Of a stretch of DNA of 64,000 nt, positions 57,801 to 64,000 are shown piece after piece (position 1 is the first letter of the stretch; every line of letters starts with the position of its first letter). The notes below the pieces were generated by a model. It was not told where the DNA came from and searched no databases. It saw nothing but the letters and a program-made list of their open reading frames with translations. The translations under genes and the position numbers were made by a program. This DNA comes from Chlorokybus atmophyticus (taxonomy: Eukaryota; Plantae; Mesostigma and Chlorokybus algae), in contig RHPI01002504.1 of assembly GCA_009103225.1 (NCBI GenBank), positions 1 through 64,000 on the forward strand, in the 5' to 3' direction.

Positions 57801-59096
57801 ATGGTAGATTACACCCAAGCGGCACTCGTATTTGAGCAGCTGCGAAGGCTAGCGCCGCATCATCTGGAAGGCTTGGAGGTCTACTCGAGTGTTCTTTGGC
57901 ACCTCAACCGGGACGTGGAGTTGAGTTTTCTTGCGCAAGAAGTAGTTGCACTCGATCGGCAATCACCTCAAGCATGGTACGCGCAATGGATGCGATAGGA
58001 GTGTCATCCACAAGCATCAACAGCTGTTGAACCAACAGCTGGTGCTTGCTGTCAGTTGTGGGTGTTAGCTGGGTGAAGTCAAGACGCCTTTTCATCAACA
58101 GGTGCGTGATGGGCAATTGCTTCAGTCTGCATAAAGAGCACGACACGGCTATCTCGTTTTTTGGGAGGGCGCTGCAGCTGGACCCCAACTTCACGTAAGT
58201 GGCTGCACGCAGCTTGGTTGTGTTGTGGGTTAGTGTCTTTGTGGGTCGTCCCATGCAAACGAACACACCACACAGGTATGCGCACACGCTGGCCGGGCAT
58301 GAGCACTGTGCAAATGAGGATTTCGAGAAGGGACTGGCCTGCTACAGGGCAGCCTTGCGGATAGATGCGCGTCATTACAATGCCTGGTATGTGGTTTGAT
58401 TGTGATATAGCCTGACTGATGTTTTTCTGCACAAGGAGTTTGGTATAGGAAACATATTTTGTGTGCTCCTCAGGTATGGACTTGGCACGATATTTTATCG
58501 CCAGGAAAAGTTTGAGCTGGCGGAGTACCACTTCAGGCGGGCCCTAGACATAAACCCGCAGTCATCGGTGCTTCATTGCTACTTGGGCATGGCATTGCAT
58601 GCCCTGCAGGTGGGTGACTGTGTGTGCGAAGGTGTTTGTTGAGCCATCGTGCTTGTGTAAGTATACAGACTGATGTTTGTATCTCTCAGCGCAATGAGGA
58701 GGCACTGGCCATGTTGGAGAAGGCCATTGGAGCTGATGGGCGCAACCCTCTGGCTCGTTATGAGCGCGCGGGTGTTCTGGCAAGCGAGGAGCGGTACGCC
58801 GATGCGTTGGAAGACTTGCAAGCACTCAAGGACACGGTGCCGCGAGAGCCCAACGTCCACTTCCTCATGGGCAAGGTACCCATAATGTTGTCATTGATCA
58901 ATTGCACCATGTTGGCGTGCAGCAAACCAACACGAGAAGTGAGCAGATCTATAAGCGCATGGGAGATGTTGAGATGGCGATGGTGCACTACAGCATTGCT
59001 CTGGACTTGAAACCGTCATCAACCGATGTCAATTTGATCAAGTCTGCCATAGATAAGCTTACTGTCTCAGAAGACAGTGAAGATGAGGAGCTTTAG
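54851..59096 (+). CDS. CDC27: Anaphase-promoting complex TPR subunit CDC27/APC3 (multi-exon)
   Basis: LYANATWLCERL, LLATCYYRAG, GRAYFEMVDY, LEGLEVYSSVLWHL, GNCFSLHKEHDTA, TLAGHEHCANEDFEKG, C-terminal LIKSAIDKL...DEEL. Confidence 0.95.
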
Positions 59097-59916
59097 GGGG
59101 TAGGTTGTGACAAAACGGAAAGGCTTAAGATGCGATAGCTACTTGCCAATGCGCTGAACTGAAAACAGTTCCTTAAAACAGCCAGCACCGCGTAGTATCA
59201 GATGCATCATGATCAGCGGTGGCTGCGCAGTGCAGCGCGCTTCTTGTGCGCTATTCAACTTGAGGTTGGTGTCATGACCGCAAACAAACTGGCACTGATG
59301 TTGCACACTTGTAGCTTCCACTTGGAATGCATATGCACTCCACAAACACACACTCTAATATTGGCATCCACATGCATCCAGTTCCGACAGCCTGACCATA
59401 CCTAACAACACCACATACAGAGGGTGGATGGAATGATTACAATACCTGCAATAGTGGTCTTGCAGCTTCAAGTGATTGCATGCCAACCAACTTGTTAGCG
59501 CACTTCTAAGTGCCATGTTGAGTATGAGGGCATACAATTCTGGCCGCAATCGCTTGAGGCGCACACACAGCAGCTTGAATGCATGCATCATCTAGCTTAT
59601 CCTGTACACCACCATCTCATTCAGTGCTGTGGATGTGGTTTGTTTCGTTACTGCAGCTATCCCTGTACTTGCGTCTGCTGTGTAGGAGATATGCAATGTG
59701 GTTCATATGGCCGTGCTGACACATGCAATCCACAGCACACATGCCAATGCAATGCACATGCCAGCATTCACCGCCAAGCTTACTAATCTCCTTGCTACAC
59801 ATAGTCAGCAACTAATTCACTACCTAGCTTCACTACTGCCCTGACCCCCGTTAGACCAGCATGCTTGCAAGTTGAGTCACCTGCACATCGCCGGTGCGCT
59901 ATAAGCTATCATATCA

Positions 59917-60072
59917 GCTTTGCATGGGCCATGTGTTGCCTGTGTCTTTGTGTATCCGCTACCCCAACCATGGATGACGGCATGCAACTACGCAGCTTTG
60001 CCTGGGCCATGTGTTGCCTGTGGCTTTGTGTACCCGCTACCCCAACCATGGATGAAGGCATGCAACTACGCA
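59917..60072 (+). repeat. 78-bp tandem duplication
   Basis: GCTTTGC(A/C)TGGGCCATGTGTTGCC...GGCATGCAACTACGCA twice. Confidence 0.92.
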
Positions 60073-60251
60073 GGTGGTAGTCAGAGCGTTTTGAGTACAT
60101 GCACTTGAGCACTTACACCACCACCAAGTATGGTGCACACATTTTTATTCTATTAGGTTGCTAGACATGCCCTAACTCTGGACATTGGATCAATGACCTG
60201 TACACAATTTTCACAACAGCGTTTGTACCGCTGTTAACCTCCTGTTGTTGA

Positions 60252-62493
60252 CTACCTTATGAGCAAGCGCGGCACGGATGGCAGTGCATTGACAATGGAC
60301 GCGTGCTGCTCGGCCGACTCAAGGCTTGCAAGACTCGACTCTGACACGGCCGACTGCAGCTCCTGCGACGAGTCCACGTCACTATACGCCTTCTCAGCCT
60401 CGCCAAAAACTTGCAAGTCCGGCGCGAGCTCGGGCTCTTGCAGCTGCGACACGGCGCCAACGGGGTCAAGGATCCAATCAAGGAGGCCATCCATGCTGAA
60501 TTTTGTCTCCGCAACATAGCTGTCACGGCCTTCGGTACGAAGTTGCACGCCTTCGGCAGGAGTTCCATCTCGTGTAGTGTCAGGGGCGCTGCCGGAGGGT
60601 TGTGTGGCGGCGGCGCGAATAACGGACCAAAGCAGGCGCCTGAAGACAGGACTCCTGCGCAGGAACGGCTCGCTCTTGCACAGGTTAAGCAATGCCGTGG
60701 CGTCCATGCGTGGGAAGCGCACGAGGGGGAGGAGCTCCTCGAACCCGTGCGCATCGTGCGTGTTCTTGCACCAACGCACGAGTGCCCGCAGCACGTTGGC
60801 CTCCGAGTCGATGCGGAGCGTCTTGCAATCCAACACGTGCTTGAGCGTGTCTCTGTCCACCATCTGCAAGTCGCTGTCGGACACCTCCCCGAAATGGTGC
60901 GCCAAATACGTGCAGAACATAGCGTACAGCGAGTTGAACCACAGTGTGGCCTCAATCGTCATGTCACCCTTGCCGTCAAAGTAACCTGACGTGTCCTCCA
61001 ACAAAACCGATTTCTTCTCCACGTTTGCCCAACCCCACGACGAGGTTTCGCGGTTGAATATGTGGCCCGTAGACTTGCATATGGTCTTGTCCTTGTCGTT
61101 TATGTGGTTGACGATCTTCACGCGGTACTGCACGGCGGCGAGCCACGCCTCGGGGAAGGCGCCCGAGTGGCGCGGGTCTAACCTGTTCTGCATGTAAAGG
61201 CCGCACAAACCCGAGTTGCGATCGTCGGGGTACAGAAGCAAATGCCACTTGTACGCGTGAGGAATGTGGGTGAGGGGTATGAGGTCATATGTCTTGAGCG
61301 TATTCTTACGGAAATCCTTCATTGGAACCTGTGAACAAACATGATGAATACACTGCACAGAGCTCAAACAAGTACAAAGTCACACCCACCTTGTGGCACA
61401 GGTTGAAGCGCAGGGCAGTCAAGCCTTCATCAACCTCTGCGTGGAATGCAAACTCGCGAACGACATTAAAAGCGGCACCGAATGTGGGGGCATTGTGGTG
61501 TATCTTCATCCACTCCAGCACTGCTTGGAAGTAGTCGCGCAGCAGCTGGCGGTTCTCTTCCAAGCCATGGCCTACTAGCTCCGTCAACTCCAGCAGAGTC
61601 TGCAAGTCTAGAGCTGCAAGGCAGTTGGAGTCTTGACTAACTAGCCTATGAATGTCCTGTACACATGCACACTCACTGTCAGCACTTTGTGCATAATCAC
61701 ACAGCAAAGGAGTGCTTGTGACAGCGACAGCTAAGATTGTCATGAGTTCAAGTCAATGTCGTACCTGTCTTAAGCATTGAAGGCAGACGGAAGCAAGGCG
61801 CTTCCAGGCAGGCGCGGGGTCGTTGACGGCGTGTTTGCGTGCAACAACAAGGAGGTCAAGACAGTTTTCAGGGTTGACATACCCCGGCCGACCGGGTCGT
61901 GCCTGTCCCGCTAGGTACTCCACGCACAAGTCTCGCAAGGGTGCCACGCGGTACATCGCTGCCAGCATCAACACCTCCCGCACGTTGCTTGGTGTCAACT
62001 CCGCATGTGCAGTATACAAAAATCTGTGTGCGAAGGGTCAACCAACTGCAATGATAATGTCAACAACATCACACTCACATATGATGGATGACTATCGTTG
62101 TGTCTTGCAAGTGACAGCATGCAGTGACACTCACTTCAGCAGCACCATGAACGTCTGCGAGTTGACTTGAAGCCGAATGTGGTGAGCGTCTGTGGTTCGC
62201 AAGCTCTCGCGCAGTCCGGACGTAAACATGCTGCACACACAAAGACGTTACAGTGGCCAGTTAGCACCCAACACATGCAGCAACGCAAGAGTGTGTGTTC
62301 ATCATGCTTACGAGCGGAAGTAGCTGCAGGAGGCCGCCAGTATGGCCACGTGCGCATGCACCTCCACCGTCTGCCCCTCCTTGTGCCCATCCAGCACAAA
62401 AACGACGTCTGCAAGCAGAGGATTATCGACCATATCAGCCAGCTGCAGCCGTAGCTCAGTCGTCGCCTCCTCAGCAGCCGCTGCCTCCGCCAT
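60252..62493 (-). CDS. BTB-BACK-MATH-BACK protein (putative cullin-3 adaptor)
   Basis: ADVVFVL...VHAHVAILAASCSYFRS (BTB), NPENCLDLLVVA, KWHLLLYP...SSWGWANV...TIEA (MATH), LRIDSEANVLRALVRW...LLPLVRFPRM (BACK). Confidence 0.85.
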
Positions 62494-62897
62494 GTTGGTG
62501 ACAGCTTCCAATCAAGCTGCTTTACTGCGCGTTTACATGCATGAGCACGTTATCTCAACTGAGCAACAATCGCTGGGCGACACGCCTACTTTCTGAAATG
62601 AAGTGCACTGCACTCAACCGAGTTACATGCTTGCTTTCTCGTGTGTTTGTGTGCGCATATTAGAAAACAGAATATCGCAGTACGTGAATAACCTGGTCAG
62701 CTTGCAGGGCACAAACAGACACAACTACGAGGCCAGTGGTGTATCGGGTACTTGCCAAAACGCAGCTAGTTTGTGAAACGGTTCGCGAGGCTGGTTGTTG
62801 GAAGCTGCAACAATCAAGAGGTAGAGCTACTTGAGTTTGGAGCACTTTATAATGCTTGAAGTGTGCAGAGCAGCATGCTTTGCACAGTTCCAAGTTG

Positions 62898-62960
62898 CCT
62901 CAGCTTGACTTGGAAGTGTGCAAAGCAGCATGCTTTGCACACGTCCAAGTCAAGCTAAGG
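62898..62960. repeat. Near-perfect hairpin (29-bp stem with 2 mismatches, 3-nt loop)
   Basis: CCT-C-AGCTTGACTTGGA-A-GTGTGCAAAGCA-gca-TGCTTTGCACAC-G-TCCAAGTCAAGCT-A-AGG. Confidence 0.9.
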
Positions 62961-63456
62961 TAACAAACGAAAAGCGGCCTTGGAAACCGTCAAGCAAGCA
63001 GCCCGACTAGTTTATACAGAAAAACAACACACAATGACAGCAGCAGTAAGATGAAGCCCGTAAGAATTACAATTCCATTATCCATAATGGAGACTCCTAT
63101 GAGCAGCTATCTTCCTCTCCTTACCCGTTTCAGCCGGCAGTCACGCCGACCAACCAGCAGCAGCGCAGCAAAGCAGCAAGCCTGGGCAAGCTGCTGCTGT
63201 CGCCTCCCAAGCACTGACTCTCACCTACCCATCACATGAGCTAGCACCCATTCAGCAACCAGCTTGAGGGCCCAACCTACCTCCCAGCAAAACACCCACG
63301 CCCAACCAATGGTTATTGATGTTATTGACAAACAGAAACCAACCAACAGACCGCCGCCGAGTCTGGCCTGGCCTGGGCAGGCCTGGTGAAGCAGCGGCCT
63401 GTTTAACCAGGCCGCGCGCACAAGATTTAGTCTTGTGCGCTTGTGCGTAGGCCAAC

Positions 63457-63465
63457 AAACCCTAA
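63457..63465 (+). promoter_or_regulatory. Telo-box AAACCCTAA upstream of the RGP1-like gene
   Basis: Exact motif about 80 bp before the ATG. Confidence 0.55.
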
Positions 63466-63542
63466 TACTGAGGCAGTGACGCTGTGCCACGTGGCAGTAC
63501 GGGGAGGTCGCAGTGGCGGCGGCGGGCGGTAGGGAGGGCAAG

Positions 63543-64000
63543 ATGGCCTCGAGCATAGCGGAGGCGCCGTTTCTGCGGATTTCCGCCACCGTGGACCGCC
63601 TGCACTACCGCCCGGGCGACACTGTCGTCTGCATTGTTGAGGTGCGTGTTGCGTGTGCACAGTTGGTGCACAAGCAGTGAATTGTGCACCAACTGCATTT
63701 GCATTTGAATGCCTCCATAGCTGAGTCAAGGCTGACGGTCTATCAGTAAGTTCATTACTTTGTATCTCCTATGCAAGCGATGCCGTACATTATTGTAGCG
63801 TCATGCTGATGGTGAGACCTATCCTTTTTGCGACACAGCAGCGCCGCAGTAGCTTGCTCTGAGTGTTGTGACTACCATTTGCATTGCCAACCTCCCATTT
63901 TCAACAAGCCTCCAATAAGTACGTGGCCATTTGTTTAGGTGTCCTTGGCCATTCCTCAGAGTGCTCCCGCCTCCGTGGCAAAGTTTTCCGCTGTGCTGCA
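63543..64000 (+). CDS. 5' part of an RGP1-like (RAB6A-GEF partner, arrestin-like fold) gene; runs off the window
   Basis: MASSIAEAPFLRISATVDRLHYRPGDTVVCIVE|gtgcgt, next exon from ~63940. Confidence 0.45.

Overview
Eukaryotic genomic DNA from a green-lineage organism, probably an early-diverging streptophyte or other green alga. This is inferred from plant-type AP2 sigma and PLATZ genes, telo-box motifs, short GT-AG introns rich in CA/TG and a DNMT-bearing Gypsy element. The window has three blocks. (1) 1-6931: a decayed Ty3/Gypsy LTR retrotransposon with a gag-like ORF, the C-terminal remnant of a C5-cytosine DNA methyltransferase, RT/RNase H/integrase ending in a PHD finger, a PPT and 3' LTR, then a second truncated LTR copy. 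(2) ~6932-20430: a GC-rich, gene-dense, mostly intronless and partly pseudogenised segment resembling an endogenised giant virus (NCLDV). It holds VLTF2-like, TBP-like, stand-alone receiver-domain, XPA/F-box-like, H4-like half-fold, small membrane and coiled-coil genes. Most notably, one ORF begins with a register-perfect mimic of the histone H3 N-terminal tail that keeps only K9, fused to an SH3-like domain. An intron-containing secreted-protein pseudogene sits inside this block. (3) ~22100-64000: host genes SLU7, SEC13, AP2 sigma, a PCNA pseudogene with three frameshifts, mitochondrial-type RPL12, PLATZ, DUF2358, COQ10, CDC27, a BTB-BACK-MATH protein and the start of an RGP1-like gene. An unrecognised 'LWHHV' multi-exon gene family forms an inverted duplication around PCNA/RPL12. 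There are also fold-back hairpins, dispersed repeats and two assembly gaps. All homology calls come from motif recognition by eye and need HMM/BLAST confirmation.
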